From: Parcubacteria group bacterium CG1_02_58_44
GTDB lineage: Bacteria > Patescibacteriota > Patescibacteriia > SG8-24
Assembly: GCA_001872545.1 (NCBI GenBank)
Contig: MNWN01000041.1
Coordinates: 218-64,217, forward strand
DNA: 64,000 bases
Direction: 5' to 3'
The notes under the pieces are model-generated. The model was not told the DNA's origin. It saw only the letters and a program-made list of their open reading frames with translations, and made no database searches. The position numbers and the translations under genes were made by a program. Shown here piece after piece: positions 28,677 through 37,449 of the stretch (position 1 is its first letter; every line of letters begins with the position of its first letter).

Positions 28677-29768
28677 TCAATGGATCGCTCGAACAATCTT
28701 TCCTCCCCCCAGACATTCTTCGCCACTGTAAAAAACCACGAACTGACCCGGCGCCACGGCCCGTTGGGGCTGGGCGAATGAGACTATTACCTGTCTGCTT
28801 TCTGCACACTCGGTCACAAGGCAATTCTGAAGCGGCTGGCGATAACGGATCCTGGCTCGGCAACTGAACGGTAGGTTCGGACGGCATCCAGCCACCCAAC
28901 GCAGATCATCAGCCATGAGTCCGGTTGAATACAGTTCGGCCGGATCCTCACCCTCCGCGACCACCAACGTGTTCCTGGCCGGATCCTTCTCGATCACGAA
29001 ATACGGCCGACCGTCGCCCAATCCCAATCCATGCCGCTGACCGATAGTAAACGGTTCGATGCCGCCGTGTCTGCCCAAAACTCGTCCGTCCACGGTCACG
29101 ATCGGACCGGTTCTTCCCGGCAGACGACCAGTGAGAAACTTCGCCATGTTCACCTCACCGACGAAGCACAGTCCGACGCTATCCTTCTTGTCCGCCACCG
29201 GCAGGCCAAACTCGCGCGCCAACGCCCGCACTTGCGGCTTGTCCAGGTTGCCGATCGGAAACTCAATCCGCAACAGCTGATCCTGCGAAAGCCTGTGCAA
29301 AAAGTAGGACTGATCTTTGTTGCCGTCCGCACCGGCCAACAGACGTAGCCCGCCCTCTGTCCGATCCAATCGAGCGTAATGGCCGGTTGCCACGACCTCG
29401 GCGCCGGAGTCGAGCGCTCGACGCAAAAACGGACCGAACTTGACCCGATCGTTACACAACACGTCCGGATTCGGCGTACGGCCGGCGGCATACTCGGCCA
29501 GCATGTGCTCGTAGACTTCCTGCCGATAGTCCCGCTCGAAATCCCAAGTCTCGAACGGAACGCCCAAAAGTTCGGCCACGGCCGCTGCATCTTCGCGTTC
29601 CCTGCGCCAACCGCAAGTCTCCCCGGAGCCGTCGGTCTCTCCGGTCCAGTTGCGCATGAAGACGCCGCGGACGTCATGTCCATCCCGAACCAAAAGTGCA
29701 GCGACCACGCTCGAGTCGACGCCGCCGGACATGCCGACCACGATCTTCTTTCTTTTTGCTTCTGCCAT
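28677..29768 (-). CDS. mnmA: tRNA 2-thiouridine(34) synthase MnmA
   Basis: MSGGVDSS, TPNPDVLCN, ATGHYA, KDQSYFL, VAPGQ. Confidence 0.97.
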   Translation of the reverse strand: MAEAKRKKIVVGMSGGVDSSVVAALLVRDGHDVRGVFMRNWTGETDGSGETCGWRREREDAAAVAELLGVPFETWDFERDYRQEVYEHMLAEYAAGRTPNPDVLCNDRVKFGPFLRRALDSGAEVVATGHYARLDRTEGGLRLLAGADGNKDQSYFLHRLSQDQLLRIEFPIGNLDKPQVRALAREFGLPVADKKDSVGLCFVGEVNMAKFLTGRLPGRTGPIVTVDGRVLGRHGGIEPFTIGQRHGLGLGDGRPYFVIEKDPARNTLVVAEGEDPAELYSTGLMADDLRWVAGCRPNLPFSCRARIRYRQPLQNCLVTECAESRQVIVSFAQPQRAVAPGQFVVFYSGEECLGGGKIVRAIH

Positions 29769-29835
29769 AACGGGACAGGCTAGCACGTGACAGACGACGA
29801 AACAAGGGACACGACTTTTCCCGATTCGACCGCAC

Positions 29836-31209
29836 TCACAGAAAGCGACTCTGCTTGCCGCCGGACATGCCGACCCTGATCGGCCAGCCCAGCTCGTCCA
29901 TGGCCCGCTGGGCTGCCAGTGCGTTCTCGCACAGGACGTAAAGACCGGACAGATCGATGATCTCGTTGTACTTATTGAGCAACTCGGAGTAGCGCTCCAT
30001 CGGCTCAAAGGCAATCCGTCCGAACATCTTACGCCGAACCAGCAGTCCGCTGCCGCCGCCGAACGATCCCCCGCTGGATGACAGGTACTGACGCGAATCG
30101 ATTCGGAAGAAAGGCACGCTCCGACGTTCAAGTACCTTCACCAAGCGTGACATGATAGCCCGATCCTCCTCGTTGCCGTTGGAGGCCCGAAAGAGACTCC
30201 TGGCCGGAATGCGGGTGACCAGTCGTCTCGACCAGCCGTCTACCCTCTCGGCCGCCGAATACAGTGCCTCGGTCACCGTACTGTCCCTCAGTCGGACGAA
30301 ACTGGCCGCATCCGTCGGTATGGTCAGGCTTATCTCCCCCTCAGCCACGGCCCGCTCCAGAAAACGGTCGAATCCAAGGGCAGTCTTGTGAAGATAGACC
30401 TGCAGGAACATGTGGTACCTGGCCAGCAGGAAGTCCTCGAAGGCCCGGACTGCCGTCGAATCCACGGTCGGCAACAGTATCCCGCCGCTCTCGGTCACGC
30501 CGAGATTTCCGATCAGGTGATCCATGTCGAAGGTGCCGTAGGCGACGCCGGTAAAGTGGGCGTCCCTCAGCAGGTAATCCATTCGATCGCAGTCCAGCTC
30601 GCCGGAGATGAGCGAACTCAGCAGCCGGTGGATGCCGACCTGTCCGCTGTCCGTCCCGCCGTAGCGCTTCTCCCAGGACGGGGACGGAGACACGCCGTAA
30701 TGCACCAGCGAAGCGATGTCCTGCGCCTCATCAGGCGGCAGCGGTGAGCTATCGCCTTCGGACATGGCACCGATGAGCAGGACGCTGTAATCCTCGTGCT
30801 TGGCCCGACGTTCGGGATCAAGTTCGCCGAACCAGCCGTCCGGCAGTTCGAGCTCCCCGACCTTGGGCATGAGACTTTCTGCCATATGCGAAAATGGCGG
30901 ATGGCCGATGTCGTGCAGCAGACCGGCTAACCGCAGCAGGCGGTGGAAATACTCCAGGTCGAAGTCCTCGAAGTGACGACGAAGAACGTCACCGCTGGTC
31001 TCCATGATGCGCTCCCAGACCCGGCTCACGACGCACATCGCTCCAAGACAATGCGAAAACCGGTCATGCGTGGCCCCGGGATAGACCAGGGAGACCAATC
31101 CCAGCTGACGCACATGCCGAAGCCGCTGGACGAAAGGATGGTCAACCACCGCCCGTTCCCGTGCGGTAAAGCTGACCGTACCGTGAATGGGGTCCCTTAT
31201 CTCATGCAT
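29836..31209 (-). CDS. HD-domain phosphohydrolase (SAMHD1/dNTPase-like)
   Basis: DPIHG, QRLRHVRQLG, YPGATHDRFSHCLG, LLHDIGHPPFSH, DRMDYLLRD. Confidence 0.92.
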   Translation of the reverse strand: MHEIRDPIHGTVSFTARERAVVDHPFVQRLRHVRQLGLVSLVYPGATHDRFSHCLGAMCVVSRVWERIMETSGDVLRRHFEDFDLEYFHRLLRLAGLLHDIGHPPFSHMAESLMPKVGELELPDGWFGELDPERRAKHEDYSVLLIGAMSEGDSSPLPPDEAQDIASLVHYGVSPSPSWEKRYGGTDSGQVGIHRLLSSLISGELDCDRMDYLLRDAHFTGVAYGTFDMDHLIGNLGVTESGGILLPTVDSTAVRAFEDFLLARYHMFLQVYLHKTALGFDRFLERAVAEGEISLTIPTDAASFVRLRDSTVTEALYSAAERVDGWSRRLVTRIPARSLFRASNGNEEDRAIMSRLVKVLERRSVPFFRIDSRQYLSSSGGSFGGGSGLLVRRKMFGRIAFEPMERYSELLNKYNEIIDLSGLYVLCENALAAQRAMDELGWPIRVGMSGGKQSRFL

Positions 31210-31372
31210 ACTCACGCCGATCTGATGCGGCCGTCCAGCCGACGGCCGTTCCAGCTCCAACCCTAGCAGGTCGACGATCCGCTTTCCAGGCAGCCAAAAA
31301 GCCCCGGCTGCCGGCCGGAGCTTCGCTACGTAGTTATCTTCGTCGAATCGGGGACTGGAACGGCGTCAACCC

Positions 31373-33505
31373 TCAGAACTTGACCGTCTGACCCGGATCA
31401 AGCGGCTTAGGTCCGTCGGACGTCCCCTTCTGGTCCGGCCGGCCGCTGTCCGATTCCGACTTCGGTTTCGATCCTGGTTTCGTCTGATCGACGGCAGGGG
31501 TCGACCTGTCGACCTTTGGACTGCCTTTCCCATCGCCGTGCGGCTTCAACGCCGACAACGACAGTCCGGCCACGTCGTCTTTTCCTGGTTCCTCTCGTTC
31601 GCCGGATGCAGGCTTCGTCACTGCGGTCGGCTTGTTCGGTCGATGTTCTCCGATCTTGACCGAACTTCCTCCATCATCACGCCTGACGACCTTCGGCCTG
31701 GCCGGCGCCGGTCTGAGTTGACTGGCCACCTTACGTTCAACTGTCCGTTCTGCTGTCCGTTCGGCAGGAATCGGAACAGCCTTAGCGGAAACAGCCGAAG
31801 CTGTCGCAACGGAATCAGCAGGAGTAGCGGGAGTGACGGGAGCAGCCGATGCGGAATTCACTGGCGAACTGGCCTGAACCTCGACCGGCTTCTGGGAAGT
31901 CGGAGTCAAGACCTTAGCCGGAGCCGGAAGAGGCGTCTTGCCGCGCATGTCCAAATGGTTCTTGCAGTACCATGGCTTGTTCCAGTCCGGCTCGAAGGTC
32001 AAGGACTGCATCTCGCCGCAGACGATGCATGGAATCTGAAAGTTGGCTTCCTTCTTCTTCTTGGACTCCGGCCTCGAAACCTCCTTCACCGCCGGAGACG
32101 TCTCCTGCAGCTGCTTAAGGTCATCGGGACTGACGCCGATCTCCTTGGCCGCGGACAAGATGTCGTTCTCCGCATCGTTCTCCTGATCCTCACCAGGTGC
32201 CAGCCCGCTCCAACGGACCACCTTATCCTCGATCGTGGACCGACGTCGCGAATACCTCTCCCGCGAGACCCTGATCACCTTCTCCATGTTGCCGGTACGG
32301 TTCCCGATCGGCGGGAGGGTCGAGGCGGAGAACGGCTCGGAGGCAGCTCCGTCGATCATCAGCTTAAGGTAAATGTCGTGCTTCCTGAGATTGACCAGGT
32401 CCTCCGGCGTAAAAGTCGGCATGAACTCCTGTTCCATGAAGGTCGCGTCGGCCGCACCGACCCGAAAGGCGACGATCGAGCCGACGTTGCCGAACACGGC
32501 CGCCCTGATCTCCTCCTCCATCTGCTCGATATACTGGTGCGCGATCATCAGGTTCAGTCGGTACTTGCGCGCCTCGGACAGAATGCTGGCGAATGACTCG
32601 TTGGCGAAGTTCTGAAACTCATCGACATAGAGGTAGAAGTCCTGCCGTTCCTTCTCCGGCGTGTCGACCCGCTCCATGACCGTCATCTGCAGCTTGGTGA
32701 TGATCATGCCGCCCAGCAGACGCATGTTCTCCTCCCCGATCAGCCCCTTGGACAGGTTGACCAGAAAGATCTTGCGCGTGTCCATGATGTCGCGCATGTC
32801 GATGGTCGACTTCACCTGAGCGACGACGTTGCGGATGATTCTCGACGACAGGAACTGTCCGACCTTGTTCTGCACCGGGGCGATCGCCTCGGTCCGGTAC
32901 TTGTCCTGCCAGGACATGAACTCCTTGACCCAGAAGGTCTTGACAACCGGATCCTGAATCAGCGAAATGACGCGCCGGCGGTACTCGTCGTCGACCAGAA
33001 TGCGGGTGATGCCCAGTAGGGACGAGCCGGGCGCATCGAGAAGCGCCAAGATGGTGTTCATCAGGATGTACTCCATGCGCGGCGACCAGACGTCCGGCCA
33101 GATCTTCTTGAACACTCCCATCAGTCCGGAGGCGATCAGGTGCTTCATCCGATCGTCCTTGACCTCGAAGATGTTGAAGCCGATCGGGTTCTCGACATCG
33201 CTCGGGTTGAAGTAGACCACGTCGTTGATGCGGTTCGCCGGTATGAAGTCGAGCATGGTCTGCGCCGTATCGCCATGCGGGTCGATATAGCACAGTCCGT
33301 GCCCGGCATGGATGTCTGACAGCACGAAATTCTCGATCAGGGTCGTCTTGCCCATGCCGGTCTTTCCTATGATGTAGACGTGCTTCCGCCGGTCATCGGT
33401 CCTGATGCCGAACTTCCGCTCCTGACTGCGGTAGTTGGTCTTGGCGAAGACGGTTATCTCGTTCTCGTGATCGTGGTCGTAGGGCTGTGGCGTGACTCCT
33501 GGCAT
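31373..33505 (-). CDS. TrwB/TraD/HerA-like P-loop ATPase with low-complexity C-terminal tail
   Basis: GKTGMGKT, IDPHGD, YVDEFQNF, SEARKY, AHQY; CxxC...CxxH finger and Pro/Ala-rich tail. Confidence 0.88.
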   Translation of the reverse strand: MPGVTPQPYDHDHENEITVFAKTNYRSQERKFGIRTDDRRKHVYIIGKTGMGKTTLIENFVLSDIHAGHGLCYIDPHGDTAQTMLDFIPANRINDVVYFNPSDVENPIGFNIFEVKDDRMKHLIASGLMGVFKKIWPDVWSPRMEYILMNTILALLDAPGSSLLGITRILVDDEYRRRVISLIQDPVVKTFWVKEFMSWQDKYRTEAIAPVQNKVGQFLSSRIIRNVVAQVKSTIDMRDIMDTRKIFLVNLSKGLIGEENMRLLGGMIITKLQMTVMERVDTPEKERQDFYLYVDEFQNFANESFASILSEARKYRLNLMIAHQYIEQMEEEIRAAVFGNVGSIVAFRVGAADATFMEQEFMPTFTPEDLVNLRKHDIYLKLMIDGAASEPFSASTLPPIGNRTGNMEKVIRVSRERYSRRRSTIEDKVVRWSGLAPGEDQENDAENDILSAAKEIGVSPDDLKQLQETSPAVKEVSRPESKKKKEANFQIPCIVCGEMQSLTFEPDWNKPWYCKNHLDMRGKTPLPAPAKVLTPTSQKPVEVQASSPVNSASAAPVTPATPADSVATASAVSAKAVPIPAERTAERTVERKVASQLRPAPARPKVVRRDDGGSSVKIGEHRPNKPTAVTKPASGEREEPGKDDVAGLSLSALKPHGDGKGSPKVDRSTPAVDQTKPGSKPKSESDSGRPDQKGTSDGPKPLDPGQTVKF

Positions 33506-33539
33506 AGGGAGGGGTGGAAATTTCGGAAAAAGCCGACGG

Positions 33540-34934
33540 TTAGGCTAGAGGCAAATTGCCGGGCATCGTGCCGGTCCGGCCGTTTTCCTCCTCTTTGGCC
33601 GCCTTCTTGATCGGCTTGAAGAAGTCGGACTGGACCTCACCGACGGTCGGCAGGCTGGACGGCGGCTCGGCGCGCTTGGCGGCCGTCTTCTTCAGGAGCG
33701 GGGTCTTCTGGTCGAGCATCGGGAAATGGTACATGGTAGCCAGCTCCTCGATGTTCAGCACGTAGGGCGGAGCGCCTGCGCCCATGCTGCGGCCGCGATA
33801 TCTGCTGAGCAGCTTGACTTTCTTGCCCTGTTCCGACCAACGCTGATAGAAATAGTCCCCTCTAGGCGTTACCTTCCCGAAAGGCTTCAGCTCGTTCAGG
33901 TTCAGAGACGCGTACTGCATGAAGGTGCCCTTGACCGAGACGAAATGCTTCTTGGAGAAGATGTCGCGCCGGGCGGCATAGACGACCCTGATCTTGGAAT
34001 CGAAGCCGATCTTGGTCATCTTCATCTGTGCCGCCTCGACCACTCCGCGCTCTCCTGGACTCATGGCCAACATCTTGAGGGGGTCGTCCTTCTTGTCTCC
34101 CTTTTCCGAATTGGACGAGCTCATGACGCTGCCGATCTCCTTGACTACGCCCTTAGGCAGCCATAGGGCATCGTCGAGGATCGACTTCTTGGCCGAAGGC
34201 TTTCGGCCGAGCATCTTCTCTATCTCCTTGATCCCCTTGTCCCTCCACTTGTTGTCGTTTGGCCTGATCAGGAACTGGACCCAAAGCTGTTCCCCGTTGC
34301 GCAGGGATCCCATGACCTCGAGCAGGGCCGAAATCGGATCCTTGAACGGAAATTCGGCGGACGTGTGCTCGAACTGCGGATAGGTACGTAGGGGAAGGTG
34401 CGACGGTTTCTTCAGCACGAACTCGCTGCCGAAGACATCCCACTCCGGATCTGGATATCGAGACGGAACAGACCCGGTATAGTCGGCGATCTCGACTATC
34501 TCGGCATCGGGATACTGGGCATAGACGGCCGACTCTACCAGATCACGAAATTTGGTCCAGACATGGACCAAAAACTGCACGTAGCCGTTCACCGACACTA
34601 TCTCGAAGCTGAAGATAGGCTGGCACTTGCCCAACCAGTACTTTTCGAAGCTGTCCAATCCGGAGTAGGCACCGGTGATCGTGCTGAAGATCTGCTCTGC
34701 CGCCTTGGCGGTCTGCTCGTTCTGGCGCGGAACGTCGATGGCCAGCACGCAGGTGGTGATGGTTCTGTCGAACTTGTTCTGCCGCCACTGGACCCAGAGC
34801 ATCCAACAGCCCTTGGCCAGGACCAGAAGAACCGGAATCCATCCACCATCCAAGAAAAGCCGCAGCAGCATCTGCGGAAAGGACAGGTTTCCTATCTCGA
34901 AAAAGTAACCGAAGTCGACGTTCAGGGTCGGCAT
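33540..34934 (-). CDS. Conserved hypothetical membrane-anchored protein upstream of the ATPase
   Basis: N-terminal TM, FSFEIVS, YAQYPDAEI, LNIEELATMYHFP. Confidence 0.8.
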   Translation of the reverse strand: MPTLNVDFGYFFEIGNLSFPQMLLRLFLDGGWIPVLLVLAKGCWMLWVQWRQNKFDRTITTCVLAIDVPRQNEQTAKAAEQIFSTITGAYSGLDSFEKYWLGKCQPIFSFEIVSVNGYVQFLVHVWTKFRDLVESAVYAQYPDAEIVEIADYTGSVPSRYPDPEWDVFGSEFVLKKPSHLPLRTYPQFEHTSAEFPFKDPISALLEVMGSLRNGEQLWVQFLIRPNDNKWRDKGIKEIEKMLGRKPSAKKSILDDALWLPKGVVKEIGSVMSSSNSEKGDKKDDPLKMLAMSPGERGVVEAAQMKMTKIGFDSKIRVVYAARRDIFSKKHFVSVKGTFMQYASLNLNELKPFGKVTPRGDYFYQRWSEQGKKVKLLSRYRGRSMGAGAPPYVLNIEELATMYHFPMLDQKTPLLKKTAAKRAEPPSSLPTVGEVQSDFFKPIKKAAKEEENGRTGTMPGNLPLA

Positions 34935-35098
34935 TGCTTGGTTGAGCAAAAAATTAGGTGCGATGACCGATGCGGTACGGGGCCATGATAGCATGGCGCC
35001 CTGAGCTTGAAAAGAAATCGAGTCCGAAACCGGAACGGCTTTCCGACAAAAAAGGCCCGCAGGTTGCGGACCGTCAGCGAATCGTAACGAACGAGATT

Positions 35099-35962
35099 TC
35101 AGGCAGCGGCGATCATCCCCCTGAGCCTCAAGACCCAACCTATTATGTCGTCGCAGTTGCCGGTCGCGTCGAACATCCGCAGTTCGACCGTGCCGTGGAC
35201 GCTGATGCGAATCAGGTGATAGCAGTCGCGTGGATTATCGACAAATCCCTGCTCGACGGCCGTCTTGAAGAGCCGGTCTGTCGATCCGTACCTTTGAGGC
35301 CTCCAGTTCTCGGCCATGCGGCAGTAAAGCTCCATCCTCTGTCCGCCGGACAGGTCTCCCAACCGCATAAGCTCGTCCAGATGTCCCACCAGCAGGTCAT
35401 GCAGCCGAATCGCGGATTCTATGTCGGCCACGCCCAGGTGTATGTGGACTCCGGCCACACGACAGGCGGCTTCCAGCATGCCTCGCGGCAACGCGGCGGC
35501 GATCCTTGTATGCCTTTCGTCTGGAAAGACCTCCAGAGTCATGCCCTCGGGAGCCACGCTCATCGCCTCGAGGCTGCCACCCAGAGCCTCAGCCGTTCTG
35601 CTGCCCAATACCAGCCCGCCGAAAAGGTCATTGTTCAGTGCGGACAGGCCGGTCAAAGCGCTCATGTCGTGCGCATCTGTTCGGTGCTCTACCTGACAGG
35701 CCGAAAGCTCATGGGTCCATCCACGATGGGCCGGACCTTCGCCTCTGCCGTCACCGCCGGAGACGGCAGACAGAAAACGTTCGGCCCATGGCACCGGACA
35801 TGCAGTGTCCGCGGAAACGACGGAGGATCCCGGATTCGGCTCCCCTGTTATCGTCGCTGCCGGACCCATCAAAAAGAACTCGCGCTCCACTCCAACCCTA
35901 CCGGCACCTTCAGGCCGAAAGCCGAACCTTCCCAAAAACCTGTCCTTCTCGCTCATGCTCAT
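35099..35962 (-). CDS. Glutamate-cysteine ligase family 2 (carboxylate-amine ligase)-like protein
   Basis: VGVEREFFL, HELSACQVEHRT, GVHIHLG, GTVELRMFD; GGAGG SD. Confidence 0.8.
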   Translation of the reverse strand: MSMSEKDRFLGRFGFRPEGAGRVGVEREFFLMGPAATITGEPNPGSSVVSADTACPVPWAERFLSAVSGGDGRGEGPAHRGWTHELSACQVEHRTDAHDMSALTGLSALNNDLFGGLVLGSRTAEALGGSLEAMSVAPEGMTLEVFPDERHTRIAAALPRGMLEAACRVAGVHIHLGVADIESAIRLHDLLVGHLDELMRLGDLSGGQRMELYCRMAENWRPQRYGSTDRLFKTAVEQGFVDNPRDCYHLIRISVHGTVELRMFDATGNCDDIIGWVLRLRGMIAAA

Positions 35963-36119
35963 CGGTAACCTCCATTTCCGTTGCCAATCTAAGCATGACA
36001 GCGGGCGAAGATCAAGACAGACTGAGTTTGGATGCTTCCACGTAGAGACCAGACGCGAAGAGTTCTGGACCTTGAAACGTCCCAAAAAAACCTACATTCG
36101 GTCCAGGAGGATCTTTAAG

Positions 36120-36461
36120 ATGGCGAAAAAGAAATTCACGCTCATTCCTGAGCCAGAACCGGAAACCACCACACGCCCTGATGAAAGCTAGCTGAATCGA
36201 TTCCGCGATTGGCTTGCTGCCCAACGAACCTTGATTGTCACCGAAACGACGACAAACGAGGTTCAGGATGACACGAGACAAGCTTCGGGTTACAGAACCT
36301 CACCCGTCATCAGTCAAAGGAGAATTACAAGCACCCATCACGCGGTCGAAAAATGGGATTTTGGGCTAAAGCGTAAAATGACACTTCTGGTTCGGTGGGG
36401 GTTCCTGCTGCTGACGCTGGCCGTCATGATCCTGGCCGCAGCCAAGATTATGGACCTCTGA
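36120..36461 (+). pseudogene. Small C-terminally anchored membrane protein with in-frame TAG at 36189-36191
   Basis: AGGAGG SD and ATG at 36120; the frame continues past TAG into the 36231-36461 ORF. Confidence 0.55.
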
Positions 36462-36494
36462 TCACCTAGACGGCATTAATCCGACCGCAAACGC

Positions 36495-36524
36495 AAAAGA
36501 CCTGCCTCTCAGCGGGTCTTTTTT
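36495..36524. terminator. Bidirectional terminator
   Basis: AAAAGACCTGC/GCGGGTCTTTT hairpin between convergent genes. Confidence 0.65.
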
Positions 36525-36543
36525 CGAAGGCTGGCTCGAATTT

Positions 36544-37437
36544 CTAGCTTCTGGACCGCTTCTGAAACACGACCAGCAGGGGCGAAGCCAGAAAAATCGA
36601 AGAATAGGTTCCGGCAACCAGACCGATGATCAGCGCCAACGCAAACCAGCGCAGGCTCTCCCCTCCCCAGATGTAGATGGCGATGAGCGGCAGCAGAGTA
36701 GTGAGCGTAGTGTTGATCGACCGGGCCAGAGTCTCGTTGACGCTTCGCTCGACGATCTGCTCGAACGATCCATGACCCTTTAGCAGGTTCTCGCGCACGC
36801 GGTCGAACACTACAATGGTGTCATGGACCGAGAAGCCGAGTACGGTCAGCATGGCCGCCACGAAGGCCGAGTTGATCTCTACCATCAACACGTGCCCCAA
36901 TATGGCAAACACGCCCAGCGGAATCAACACGTCATGGAACAGCGCGGCGATCAGCGTAGTGATGCCGTACTTCCAGGAGGCTACCGGCCGCGAGACCCTG
37001 CGGAAGGCGTAGGCCACATAGGAAGCGATTCCCAACAGCACCAGCGACAGCGACCAGACAGCCTTGCGACTCATCTCCGAGCCGATGGACGGACCGATCG
37101 ACTCAAAACGCAGCTCCTCCGTACCGTCATACTTCTCCCGAATGGACGACAACAGCGCCTGATGCGCCTCCTCGTCCATGCCCGGCAGTCGTATCAGCAT
37201 TCCGTCTTCGCCGAGCGGCTGGACCGAAATGTCGCTGTAGCCCTGCTCCCCGAGCTGGGCGTTCATGTCCTGAACTATCGGACGTTCGCCGCCGAACTTC
37301 AGTTCCATCAGGGCGCCGCCGGTGAAGTCGATGCCCAGCCTCAGCGGAAACATAACCAGCGCAGAGATGCTGGCCACGACCAGCAGACCGGAAAGAGCGA
37401 ACCAGACGTTGCGGTATTTGATGATTGGATAGGTCAT
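36544..37437 (-). CDS. secF: Protein translocase subunit SecF
   Basis: LGIDFTGG, IGPSIG, GFSVHDTIVVFDRVRE, GTYSSIF. Confidence 0.97.
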   Translation of the reverse strand: MTYPIIKYRNVWFALSGLLVVASISALVMFPLRLGIDFTGGALMELKFGGERPIVQDMNAQLGEQGYSDISVQPLGEDGMLIRLPGMDEEAHQALLSSIREKYDGTEELRFESIGPSIGSEMSRKAVWSLSLVLLGIASYVAYAFRRVSRPVASWKYGITTLIAALFHDVLIPLGVFAILGHVLMVEINSAFVAAMLTVLGFSVHDTIVVFDRVRENLLKGHGSFEQIVERSVNETLARSINTTLTTLLPLIAIYIWGGESLRWFALALIIGLVAGTYSSIFLASPLLVVFQKRSRS

Positions 37438-37449
37438 ACGTTTCGGCCG

